A stretch of DNA of 12,807 nt, from the NCBI RefSeq assembly GCF_006345805.1, contig NW_021826550.1, forward strand, positions 1 through 12,807, written 5' to 3'. Shown here piece by piece: positions 1 through 8,555 of the stretch. The translations under genes and the position numbers were made by a program. Source of the stretch: Octopus sinensis. Its lineage: Eukaryota. Below the pieces are notes generated by a model. That model ran no database searches, had not been told where the DNA came from, and saw only the letters and a program-made list of their open reading frames with translations. Each line of letters starts with the position of its first letter. Position 1 is the stretch's first letter.

Positions 1-2
1 GA

Positions 3-46
3 AAGCTTGTGAGTGGATTTGGGAGATGGAAACTAACGAAGCCTGT
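3..46 (+). mobile_element. SINE-A internal fragment (cut by window start)
   Basis: AAGCTTGTGAGTGGATTTGGGAGATGGAAACTAACGAAGCCTGT matches the AAGCCTTGTGAGTGGATTTGGTAGACGGAAACTGAAAGAAGCCTGT segment of the copy at 7350-7740. Confidence 0.6.
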
Positions 47-120
47 ATTCCTTTCTGTGGAAGAGTGTAGGCTTGAAACGTTAAAGACGTTTTCACTTCC
101 CTAGTTGTTGTCTACACTTC

Positions 121-149
121 ATATATTATATAATATATATATATTATAT

Positions 150-182
<33 letters not shown>

Positions 183-213
183 TATGATATGTGTGTGTGT
201 GTGTGTGTGTGTG
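121..213. repeat. Imperfect (AT)n followed by (TG)n microsatellite
   Basis: Read directly from sequence. Confidence 0.95.
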
Positions 214-221
214 TACGTATC

Positions 222-325
222 TCTCTCATTCTATCTACTGTCTTAACGAACCTCTAAGTTATGGGGATGTAAGCAAACCAACATTGGTTGTCACCTGTTG
301 AGGTGCGACAAAACACAAGCTCTCA
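222..325 (-). mobile_element. Decayed SINE-A body fragment
   Basis: Reverse complement reads ...TGACAACCAATGTTGGTTTGCTTACATCCCCATAACTTAGAGGTTCG..., aligning to TGACAACCGATGCTGG..TTTACGTCGCCGTCACTTAGCGGTTCGG at about 11708-11755. Confidence 0.55.
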
Positions 326-330
326 TATAA

Positions 331-400
331 AACACACACACATCCATATACATACATACATATACATACATACATATTATATATATATATACATATATAC
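331..400. repeat. (CA)n/(TACA)n/(TA)n microsatellite at the RTE 3' flank
   Basis: Read directly; abuts the LINE 3' end at 401. Confidence 0.9.
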
Positions 401-476
401 ATGATGATGGCCGTCCACTCGTGACCGAGGAAGACCATTGCCGACCTTCAGGAACATTGTGCGCTCTAGAACTAAC
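401..476 (-). other. RTE 3' UTR: terminal stem-loop and (CAT)3 tail
   Basis: Element sense after the stop: ...AAGGTCGGCAATG GTC TT C CTCG GTCA CGAG T G GAC GGC CATCATCAT. CTCG/CGAG and GTC/GAC pair; short tandem-repeat tails are typical of RTE elements. Confidence 0.7.
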
Positions 477-857
477 TTATATTTTGCATTTGCGGCTCCG
501 TTGGTGGCTAATGAGCCCTGCTCTTGACAAGCATACATGACTGCAAACATTGCAGACCAAGCTTTCCCCATTCACTATACGAGCCGTGCGCTTTCGCGCA
601 GCTCGCTGAAGTTCATGCTGGATAGGTGCTCTCTCAAAAGTGTCGATCCCCTCCTTAACCTGCTTCCTCCATCTGTGGCGATGACAGGCATTGTCCTCCC
701 AGTCAATGTCCTGCATATCAAAGGCCTTTAACGAGGACTTGACACAGTCCTTAAATCGCAGCTTTGGTTTCTGCAGGAGTCTCCTTCCTTTCATAAGTTC
801 TCCATAGAGCATCTGTTTAGGAATCCTTCTATCCTCCATTCTAATAAGGTGTCCAGT

Positions 858-1802
858 TCAACGCAATCGGTGCTTGTGTACCATCGCCTCAATACTCAAG
901 ATAGCTATCCTCAGGATCTGTGTGTCAGGAATTTTTGAGGTCCAGCCAACATTGAGAATGTGTTTGAGACATCTCTGATGAAAACTTTCAAGGACCCTTA
1001 CCTGATGTTTGTACAGAGTCCATGTCTCACATGAGTAGAGAAGCGGTCTCAGTACACAAGCACGGTACACAGCAACATTTTTTCTCCTTGCGATGCCATG
1101 TTGGGACCAGACACGAGACTGAAGAGACCGGAAGAAATTAGTTGCTCTCTGCAACCTGAATGATATTTCCTCATCCAGGAAGCAAGAACTGCTGAGTGTG
1201 CTGCCTAGGTAGACAAACTTGTCTACTACCTTCAGAATTGTTCCTTCAACCAAGATAGCTGGGTCTATATATGGATTTCCTGGTGCAGGCTGGAACATTA
1301 CAACAGTCTTGTCCAGGCTAATACTGAGTCCAAATGCCCTGCAAGAAGCAGAAATGCAATTCATGAGTATGACTAAGTCACAGTCATCTGCATAAAGGAG
1401 GTCACGAATAATAGACTGGGGCACCTTTGAATTGGCGAAGATTAAAGAGGCGGCCAGAAGATCGATATCTGACATATATTCCCAGAGGGTTAACCTTAGC
1501 AAAATCATGAGTAAAAACAGCAGCAAAGTACAAAGAAAAGAGAGTTGGGGCAAGGCATTCTCTACAGGAATGGGTCCCGCCATGGCACCACCAACATTGA
1601 CCCAAGCCTCCATCCCATCATGAAATGATTTAATTATAGATACAAAGTGATCCGGACATCCAAGTTTGCCAAGTATTTTCCATAGAAAGGCCCTATTTAC
1701 AGTATCAAAGGCCTTAGTTAAATCAATGAATACCTGGACAAGATCCATATTCTGCTCATAGCACTTCTCCTGCATCTGTCTTGCTGTGAAAATCATATCC
1801 AT
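858..1802 (-). pseudogene. Reverse transcriptase fragment of RTE pol (middle part out of frame)
   Basis: Contains FIDLTKAFD and YADD. The true-frame LAPTLFSLYF segment is in the 1402-1605 ORF, showing two compensating frameshifts. Confidence 0.85.
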
Positions 1803-1912
1803 TGTCCCTCTACCAGATCGGAAGCCACATTGAGATTCAGATAGGACATCATTTACGAGACACCCATTCAGACGGGTAAGAAGAATATTTGCCAGAACCT
1901 TGCCAGCAGCTG

Positions 1913-3553
1913 CTAGTAGTAGAGCAATACTCTGTAGTTACCCCACATTGTTCTGGCTCCTTTTCCTTTATATAGAGGAAGAATAATTGCATCCTTCCAG
2001 TCCTTAGGGATTGCACCATCCCTCCAGACTGCACTAATAAGTTCATGAAGGGACTGCGTGATGCAATTACCACCAAATCGCAAAACCTCAGCACAAATTC
2101 CATCATTTCCAGGTGCCCTATTAAGATTTAATTTACTTATTGATGTAATTACTTCATGTATTGATGGCGAGGAGTCTAGGGAGTCAATGATAGGTCTTTG
2201 TTTCATAGTATCAATCACTGTTTCATCTACAACTGACTCATGGTTTAGGAGTTCAGAGAAGTGTTCGATCCAGCGACCTGTGATTTGTTGATTTAGTAAA
2301 CAGGAAAGCAAAGGAGCTGATGTGGAGCTCTTAGGTCCATAAGCTTGCTTCATAAGATGGTAAAGCTTCTTGCTGTCATTTGCATCAGCAGCAGCCTGAA
2401 CATCACGGGCAAGATCCTCCCACCAAGTGTTCTGCATCTTCCTGAGAGATCGCTGCAGTAGTGATTTTACACTGTTATAGTGGGCAAATGCTAGACTTCG
2501 CTGCACAGTAGACAGTTCTCTGTGCAGCAACACACTGTGGGCATGGCGCTTCACCACTAATAGTCGTTGAATTTCAGCATCATTCTCATCAAACCAGTCT
2601 CTGTGTTTGGCAGTAACATACCCCAGTGTTTCGGCTGCACATTGAACAACCTGGTCTCGAAAATCTTCCCATGCTGCAGCAGTTTCAATGCTGGACAAGC
2701 GAGTCTGAAGCTCTTTCCTAACCACAACGTCATATACCTTGTGGACATTTAGATGGCGAGGAATGCTGACTGGTCCTCTTCTCTCTTTCGCCCTAATCAC
2801 CATTCGGAACTTTGCTCGCACTAGACTGTGGTCTGTCCAGCATTCTGATCCATGCAAGGACTTGACATTACAAATGTCATAAATGTCGCACTTGCGGATG
2901 ATGACGTAATCCAGCAAGTGCCAAACTTTGGACCTTGGATGCATCCATGTTGTTGTGTGATCACCTTTGTTCACAAAATGAGTACTTGCAATGTAAAGTC
3001 CATGTTCTTCGCAAAGCTCCAGTAGCATGAGATCATTGCAATTCATTTTCCCTACTCCAAAACGTCCTAGAGAGTTCCATGTTTGCCAGTCTGTTCCTAC
3101 TCTGGCATTAAAATCCCCCAGTAGAATGACTTTATCAGAATTGGGGATTTTTCTAAGTATAGCTCTCAGCTGGGTATAAAAGATTATTTTATCTTCATCA
3201 CAGCTAGTCAAAGTAGGTGCATAGGCACTTATTAGAGTAGCAAACCACTTACCTTTCAAGTGCAACCGTAGGGTCATAATACGTTCATTTATAGGAACAG
3301 GGAGCTCTTCCAACTTCTTCAGGATATCAGATCGGACTGCAAAACCAACACCAGCCTCTCTGCGCTCCTCCTTCTGCCTTCCTTTCCAAAAAAAGGTGTA
3401 TCCGCCTCCTACTTCCTCAAGCTGACCATCACCTTCTATACGAGTCTCTGAGAGTGCAGCGATATCAATTTTATAACGGTTCAGCTCACGAGCAACAAGT
3501 GCAGTGCGTCTTTCAGGCCTGCAATCACTCATGTTGTCCAACAGAGTACGCAC
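1913..3553 (-). CDS. Uninterrupted ORF fragment: APE endonuclease + linker of RTE pol
   Basis: 546-aa ORF from the track. Manual translation shows the frame stays open upstream to 3802 (TAA at 3803-3805). Ends because of the ~1931 frameshift. Confidence 0.8.
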   Translation of the reverse strand: MRTLLDNMSDCRPERRTALVARELNRYKIDIAALSETRIEGDGQLEEVGGGYTFFWKGRQKEERREAGVGFAVRSDILKKLEELPVPINERIMTLRLHLKGKWFATLISAYAPTLTSCDEDKIIFYTQLRAILRKIPNSDKVILLGDFNARVGTDWQTWNSLGRFGVGKMNCNDLMLLELCEEHGLYIASTHFVNKGDHTTTWMHPRSKVWHLLDYVIIRKCDIYDICNVKSLHGSECWTDHSLVRAKFRMVIRAKERRGPVSIPRHLNVHKVYDVVVRKELQTRLSSIETAAAWEDFRDQVVQCAAETLGYVTAKHRDWFDENDAEIQRLLVVKRHAHSVLLHRELSTVQRSLAFAHYNSVKSLLQRSLRKMQNTWWEDLARDVQAAADANDSKKLYHLMKQAYGPKSSTSAPLLSCLLNQQITGRWIEHFSELLNHESVVDETVIDTMKQRPIIDSLDSSPSIHEVITSISKLNLNRAPGNDGICAEVLRFGGNCITQSLHELISAVWRDGAIPKDWKDAIILPLYKGKGARTMWGNYRVLLYY

Positions 3554-3592
3554 GTTCCAACATGAAATGTTTAAGTTCCGTCCAGATTTTAT

Positions 3593-4507
3593 AGATAAAA
3601 GACACTTTGTTTTTCGAGGGCAGGGTGGACATCCGTCAGTCGCGCTAAACTGACCAGATATGGAAAGACAGGCAATTTTTGGTTCACCTTTTCTAGAACC
3701 TCCCCGGTCTCCAGGTGAGCAGTGCCCTCTCCAAATGGAGCTGCTCAGACACCCATGCAGCCATCGAATTCTACCGCTGTCTCGGGCGACAAGGAGACGA
3801 CTTTATATATAGCATGGGCCGCCTACGTGCTGGTCGCTGACTACATGCTTCCAACCCGTCAGGTCTGCATGCTTCACCACCTTCTCATCGCTGCAGGACT
3901 TCCGAATAAAAAACAAACAAACTAAAAATGAAGAAAATATATACTAAAAATAAGATAGATATATATATATAAAAAAAAAGGTCGGCAATGCCTGTGCAGA
4001 GTTTTAGGTCCAATAAGGCTTGCACAACACCTCATAGACCCTCTCCACTCTATTGACATTATCCAGAGACAAGCCGGAGCAAGATGTCTGGTGCCAATAT
4101 GAGTCGCAGGCTCAGAGATGTGGGAGCGCCGTGATCTCTAGCACAAACCAAAGATCCCCAAAATGTTCAATGCCATTCCCTGCATATCTGGTTTTATATC
4201 AGAGTGACCTTCTCCTACAGACATGCTTTAACAAAAGCTGAGGAGCGCCTCACTCCCAGTGGTCTTTCAGCACGCGGACACCACCCCGGAATTTCTACGT
4301 ATCCGTGCTAACATTTATTGGATGGCCGTTGACTCTCAAGAGGTCCTCCGCCCTTTGACGGGTTTTGTTTTTCATCCCGCAGGGTGTCCAATAAACACCC
4401 TCCTCACCAAGCAAGCTTGGTGGGGTTGCCGGTTTAGTCGCCGACGACCCGACCATGTAACAGGTTGTACTGGGTTACATGTTACCAGTAGCACTCGAAG
4501 GTGACCT

Positions 4508-4510
<3 letters not shown>
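3593..4510 (-). promoter_or_regulatory. RTE 5' UTR (structured; internal U-rich/AT tract at ~3905-3980; 23-aa uORF at 3693-3764)
   Basis: Upstream of pol, GC-richer than flanks, several hairpins. uORF MAAWVSEQLHLERALLTWRPGRF* by manual translation. Internal promoter function is inferred from LINE biology only. Confidence 0.6.
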
Positions 4511-4560
<50 letters not shown>

Positions 4561-4624
4561 TACACACATACATACGTACATTCATATATACACACACACA
4601 CGCACACACACACACACACACACA
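4511..4624. repeat. (AT)22 then (TACA)/(CA)n microsatellite at the RTE 5' flank
   Basis: Read directly. Confidence 0.95.
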
Positions 4625-4633
4625 TGTACTCAT

Positions 4634-5222
4634 AGGCTAAAACTGGAACTACAATACACCGTGATAAAGCGGTGACAACTCAGGGCATTTACATGAGAAA
4701 TCCTGGGATAAAATAAAACCCGAATATTTGTTGAGATGCTCGGGTCTCAAAGCAAAGATTGAAGGGATTTTTAATGCAGCATCAGATCAAAATCCCCGCA
4801 TTAGGAAAGGCCAAAAAACACGCAGTGAAGTAAAGTACAATAAATACCAGCAGAATATGTGGTGATGGGGAAGAAAAATTGCATCACTTTGTTTCTCACT
4901 ACCCAGTTCCGGTAAGACTACCCAGTTCCGGTAAGAAGGAGTATATACACAGACACGCCAGTATAGTTCCAGCACTACGGAATGCTACCAGCAAAAAAGA
5001 TAATGTAGGGATATCCCGACAAGTTTTCAGGAAATGACAAGGCCAACATACTCTGGGATCTGCCACTACACACAGATTGAGAGATCAAGGCTAATAGGCC
5101 AGATACTGTCGTCAGGGATCACCATGAAAAAAAAAGTATCTTCTAATCGATAGATGACAAAGTATCTCTAAAAGACAAGAGGAAACTCTCGAGATATAAA
5201 GAGCTGCAAATAGAGATAGTAC
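4634..5222 (+). mobile_element. Decayed C-terminal fragment of an RLE-type LINE (R4/Dong-like)
   Basis: Frame-hopping translation: KLELQYTVIKR*Q..., LRCSGLKAKIEGIFNAASDQ, RICGDGEE-I-H..(CCHC knuckle remnant), KEYIHRH, NDKANILWDLPLHTD*EIKANRPDTVVRDH, KYLLID, DDKVSLKDKRKLSRYKELQIEI. These are the PD-(D/E)xK restriction-like endonuclease signatures. Confidence 0.8.
4899..4936. repeat. Perfect 19-bp tandem duplication (CTACCCAGTTCCGGTAAGA x2) inside the RLE LINE relic
   Basis: Copies at 4899-4917 and 4918-4936. Confidence 0.95.
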
Positions 5223-5273
5223 AACATTCCCACTAAAGAAGATGCCTCTCTTTCGTAGAAATAATCATTTACG

Positions 5274-5340
5274 GCTGAGTTGTCAGGAGTCAATTGAAAT
5301 GGTGTGTTTTGCTCAAGATGACGACGTATCATCCGATCCG
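5274..5340 (-). mobile_element. Decayed CORE-domain SINE fragment
   Basis: GCTGAGT..CAGGAG..ATTGAAAT.GTGTGTTTTGCTCAAGA resembles 9112-9157 of the Ceph-type SINE. Confidence 0.45.
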
Positions 5341-5495
5341 ACAATCAAAGTCACGACCAGGGGGGCAACCCCCTCTCCCCATCACCACCTTCAGTGGTTC
5401 AACCGCCTTCTCAGAAAGTAATACAAACGAACAAATGATACCTCAGTACCATTTATTCAGACAATTATGGCAATCCTCTATCCTTATATTTCCAA

Positions 5496-5893
5496 ATGAT
5501 AATGATGATGATGATGGTTGTGGTGGTGGTGTTGGTGATGGTGATGGTGATGGTGGTGGTGGTGGTGGTGGTAGTGGAGGTGGAGGTGCTGCTGCTGTTG
5601 CTAGTATGTATCGTTGTCGTCGTCATCATCATCATCATCAGTGCTGGCTGAAGGGTAGACAGCAGCGCCATCATCCTTATGCTCATAATCGTGGAGATCG
5701 TACTTCATTAACATCATCATTATCATCATCGCCTTCATCATCGTAATCCTCTATCTCCTCCTCTCCTCAACATCATCACATTGCTATCAGTTTCATCATC
5801 GTTATTATAATTATCCTCCATAACATCATCATCATCATATTCAGCAGCAGCAGCATCATGGTCACCATCATCATCATCATCATCGTGATCCTC

Positions 5894-5950
<57 letters not shown>

Positions 5951-5954
5951 TTCG

Positions 5955-5996
<42 letters not shown>

Positions 5997-6356
5997 CCAT
6001 CATCATCATCATCGTCATCATCATCATCGTCGTCATCATCATCCTCATCATCGTCATCATCATCATCGTCACACTGACCATCAACACCATCGCCATTAAC
6101 CACCTCGTTGTCGTTGTGAAGAGCAATTATAACAACAGCAACAATGGCAATAACATTGTTTATCGGTGCCGCGCTTCGTCCGTCAATACTTGATCATGAA
6201 CGTCATCAATCACCGTTCTCGCATCATTTGTTGTCATCACTCACTCCGTTGAGATGATTTAAAGAGACAAAAATCGCAATCTCAGAAATCATCCTCATCA
6301 TCACCCACGCCAGTAAAACCAGCATCAACACCACCACCACCACCAGCTACTACCCC

Positions 6357-6428
<72 letters not shown>

Positions 6429-6648
6429 CGTTATCAACATCATTATCATCGTGATCCTCCTAATCATCATTCCCATCTTCGTTACCGCCACAAGTATTAA
6501 CAGCACCACGACCAGCAGCGCCCCTACCACAAATAACACTACCATCAGCACAAACACCACCATCGCCGCCACATTCGCCTTCTGTACAGTCCCACACATT
6601 GCCACCACTACCACCACCACCACCACCACCATCACCACCGCCTTCATC
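5496..6648. repeat. Compound trinucleotide low-complexity block: (GAT/GGT/GCT)n then (CAT/CAC/CAG/CGT)n
   Basis: Read directly; explains the poly-D, poly-M, poly-I, poly-V and poly-T ORFs. Confidence 0.95.
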
Positions 6649-7030
6649 GCTTCCCCCTATTTAACCTTTTTTACTCACCACGCATTTCAACGCGCCAGCT
6701 CGTTCAACCTTGCTAGTGTTCAGCTCCTACAGTCTTTGTTGACCTTTCACTTTTTATTTTATCTCAAGTAATTAATTTTTCTTTTTTACTTTTATTTGGC
6801 AGAATAGTTTGAGCATTTGCAAAATTATGAAGGCTTCGTGGTATCTGTTTAAAGATGCTCAGGTTTCAAGTTTCACCGCACTCAGCACTACCTTACAACC
6901 TCTCATAATTGTCTGAATAAAAACACTGTCTTGATTCTGTTACCCAACTGCTTTGTGCTCCAGGATTCAAAGAGCAGGTTTCCTAGTTTTTGGAGCAGGA
7001 AGCCAGTTTGTCGCGGGTGTAGTCATTAAT

Positions 7031-7080
7031 AACTGAGTGAATTAGAACAACGTAAAATGAAATGGTTTGCTTCGGAACTG
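7031..7080 (-). mobile_element. Decayed CORE-domain SINE fragment
   Basis: CTGAGTGAATTAGAACAACGTAAAATGAAATGGTTTGCT resembles CTGAGTGAACAGGAGCATCGTGAAATAAAGTGCCCTGCT (9113-9151). Confidence 0.4.
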
Positions 7081-7349
7081 CGAACGTGGGGGCAACGCAC
7101 CGGCCACAAGGTCACGTGCCTTCACGATTCTGTCATTCCATAGTTTCATATAGATTCCACACAGAGACTAAAAATCTGACGGCAAGTTTTGGACAATCAT
7201 ATTTAACGAGTACTTCTCTATCGACACAAAAAGTAAATTTAACCTCGTAACTTAGAAATTAAATAGTCGTAGTTAAAAAAGCACCAAATATATTTGTCTT
7301 ACTCTCTAACTGTTCTATCAGTCGGTCGTCATTGATAATCTTTAACGTA

Positions 7350-7740
7350 GGCGTAGGAGTGGCTGTGTGGTAAGTAGCTTACTTACCAACCACATGGTTC
7401 CGGGTTCAGTCACACTGCATGGACCTTGGGCAAGTGTCTTCTACTATAGCCTCGGGTGGACCAAAGCCTTGTGAGTGGATTTGGTAGACGGAAACTGAAA
7501 GAAGCCTGTCGTATATATGTATGTGTGTGTGTATGTGCGTGCATGTGTGTGTGTGCTTGTGTGTCTGTGTTTGTCCCCCCAACATCGCTGGTGTGTTTAC
7601 GTCCTCGTAACTTAGCGGTTCGGCAAAAGAAACCGATAAGTACTAGGCTTAGAAAGAATAAGTCCTGGGGTCGACTTGCTCGACTTAATGCGGTGCTTCA
7701 GCATGGCCACTGTCAAATGACTGAAACAAATAAAAGAGTA
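7350..7740 (+). mobile_element. SINE-A, full length (tRNA-derived head, internal TA/TG microsatellite, structured tail)
   Basis: A-box-like TGGCTGTGTGG, B-box-like GGTTCAGTC, CCTTGGGCAAG, internal (TA)(TG)n, tail ..GCATGGCC..GTCAAATGACTGAAACAAATAAAAGAG. Colinear with 11476-11890. Confidence 0.85.
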
Positions 7741-7859
7741 GGCATAAAGTCAGACGTTGTCAGGGGAAGAAAAAATCAATTACATGGACCCAATGCATAA
7801 CTGGGTACTATATTCTAAACACTTCCGGACAGATGGACAACAAACCTAACATACTGGAT

Positions 7860-8050
7860 ATGTTTGTATGCTTCCGTGTCTGTGATCGCATGCCTAAGTC
7901 CTAGTAACACAACGGTTCGGCAAAAGATATTAGACTTTAAAAATGTCAGAACTACTGGGGTCGACTTTTTTCGACTAATAAGATCCTGAAAGTAGTGTTC
8001 CAGTTTGGCTGCCATCCAATGATTGTAAGGAAAAAGATAAAACATAAAAA
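7860..8050 (+). mobile_element. Decayed SINE-A-related 3' half
   Basis: CGGTTCGGCAAAAG, TACTGGGGTCGAC..TCGACTAA and an A-rich AAAAGATAAAA tail, as in the SINE-A tails. Confidence 0.55.
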
Positions 8051-8425
8051 GTGGCAGTGGTTCCACATCAAAACAAAAAAAGGTACCCCTTTATACCATA
8101 ATTAATCTTTAGCAACATTTAAGACAATGTGTCACCCCGGGTCCCTAAATAATAACTGTATCCTACATAATTCAGAGAGTAAGCACTCGATATCTTCTCG
8201 GCTATTAAACTGATATATTCTTCCACCGCCTCTAGAAGTGTGAAGGACCTAATAAACCAACAAGCTATTTGAACACACAACCTAACGCCTAGAATTTCGT
8301 AATAGTTCATGTAACCGTAGCAATCATAATTGGCAGATGAAATGCGCAAAAGTCAGGGGCATGTAACCGGAAACCAGTCCATAAATTTAATCTAATGAAA
8401 ATTCATTGATATCAAATATCAATAG

Positions 8426-8444
8426 TATATATATATATATATAT

Positions 8445-8510
<66 letters not shown>

Positions 8511-8540
8511 TGTGTGTGTATATGTGTGTGTGTGTGTGTT
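8426..8540. repeat. (TA)n + (TG)n microsatellite
   Basis: Read directly. Confidence 0.95.
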
Positions 8541-8555
8541 TATGTACATATGTAT

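Larger units (their letters stand above)
477..3592 (-). pseudogene. RTE pol (APE endonuclease + reverse transcriptase + C-terminal zinc-finger-like motif), disrupted
   Basis: APE motifs WNV (3551-3559), ALSETR, YAPT, GDFNA, LLDYV, TDH. RT motifs ESQCGFRSGRGTMDMIF, FIDLTKAFDTV, YADD (1383-1394), FVYLGS. C-terminal CNVCSHVCLSRAGLISH. Lesions: 1-nt frameshift at ~1931 (NYRGIALL becomes NYRVLLYY*), deletion of the GVKQG motif at ~1555, compensating frameshift at ~1420, deletion after YADDCDLV, and TGG to TGA at 858-860 in frame with the 477-839 ORF. Confidence 0.93.
401..4510 (-). mobile_element. RTE-clade (BovB-like) non-LTR retrotransposon, apparently full length (~4.1 kb), inactivated
   Basis: Single APE-endonuclease + RT ORF (disrupted), short 3' UTR with stem-loop and (CAT)3 tail, ~0.9-kb structured 5' UTR, microsatellite on both sides. 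The N-terminal ERRTALVARELNRYKIDIAALSETR is typical of RTE/BovB-like elements (recognition, not a search). Assignment of 3980-4510 to the same element is supported by its complementarity to the 3' UTR and its homology to the RTE-derived SINE body. Confidence 0.9.

Noticed and set aside
5294-6771. ORFs that look like membrane or signal-peptide proteins (poly-Ile, poly-Val, poly-Met, poly-Thr, Gly/His runs)
   Set aside because: Direct translations of CAT/CAC/GGT repeats in several overlapping frames; no unique domain. The Gly-rich frame has a stop.
6770-7030. Good-looking splice acceptors at 6802 and 6963 (+)
   Set aside because: Downstream frames are short with no recognisable protein and no convincing donor; pyrimidine-AG motifs are common in AT-rich DNA.
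8334-8380. Second hammerhead-like relic (CAGAUGA ... GAAACCAGUC)
   Set aside because: U4 mutated, no stem II closing at GAAA, stem III palindrome broken and stem I only 1 bp. At most a dead relic.
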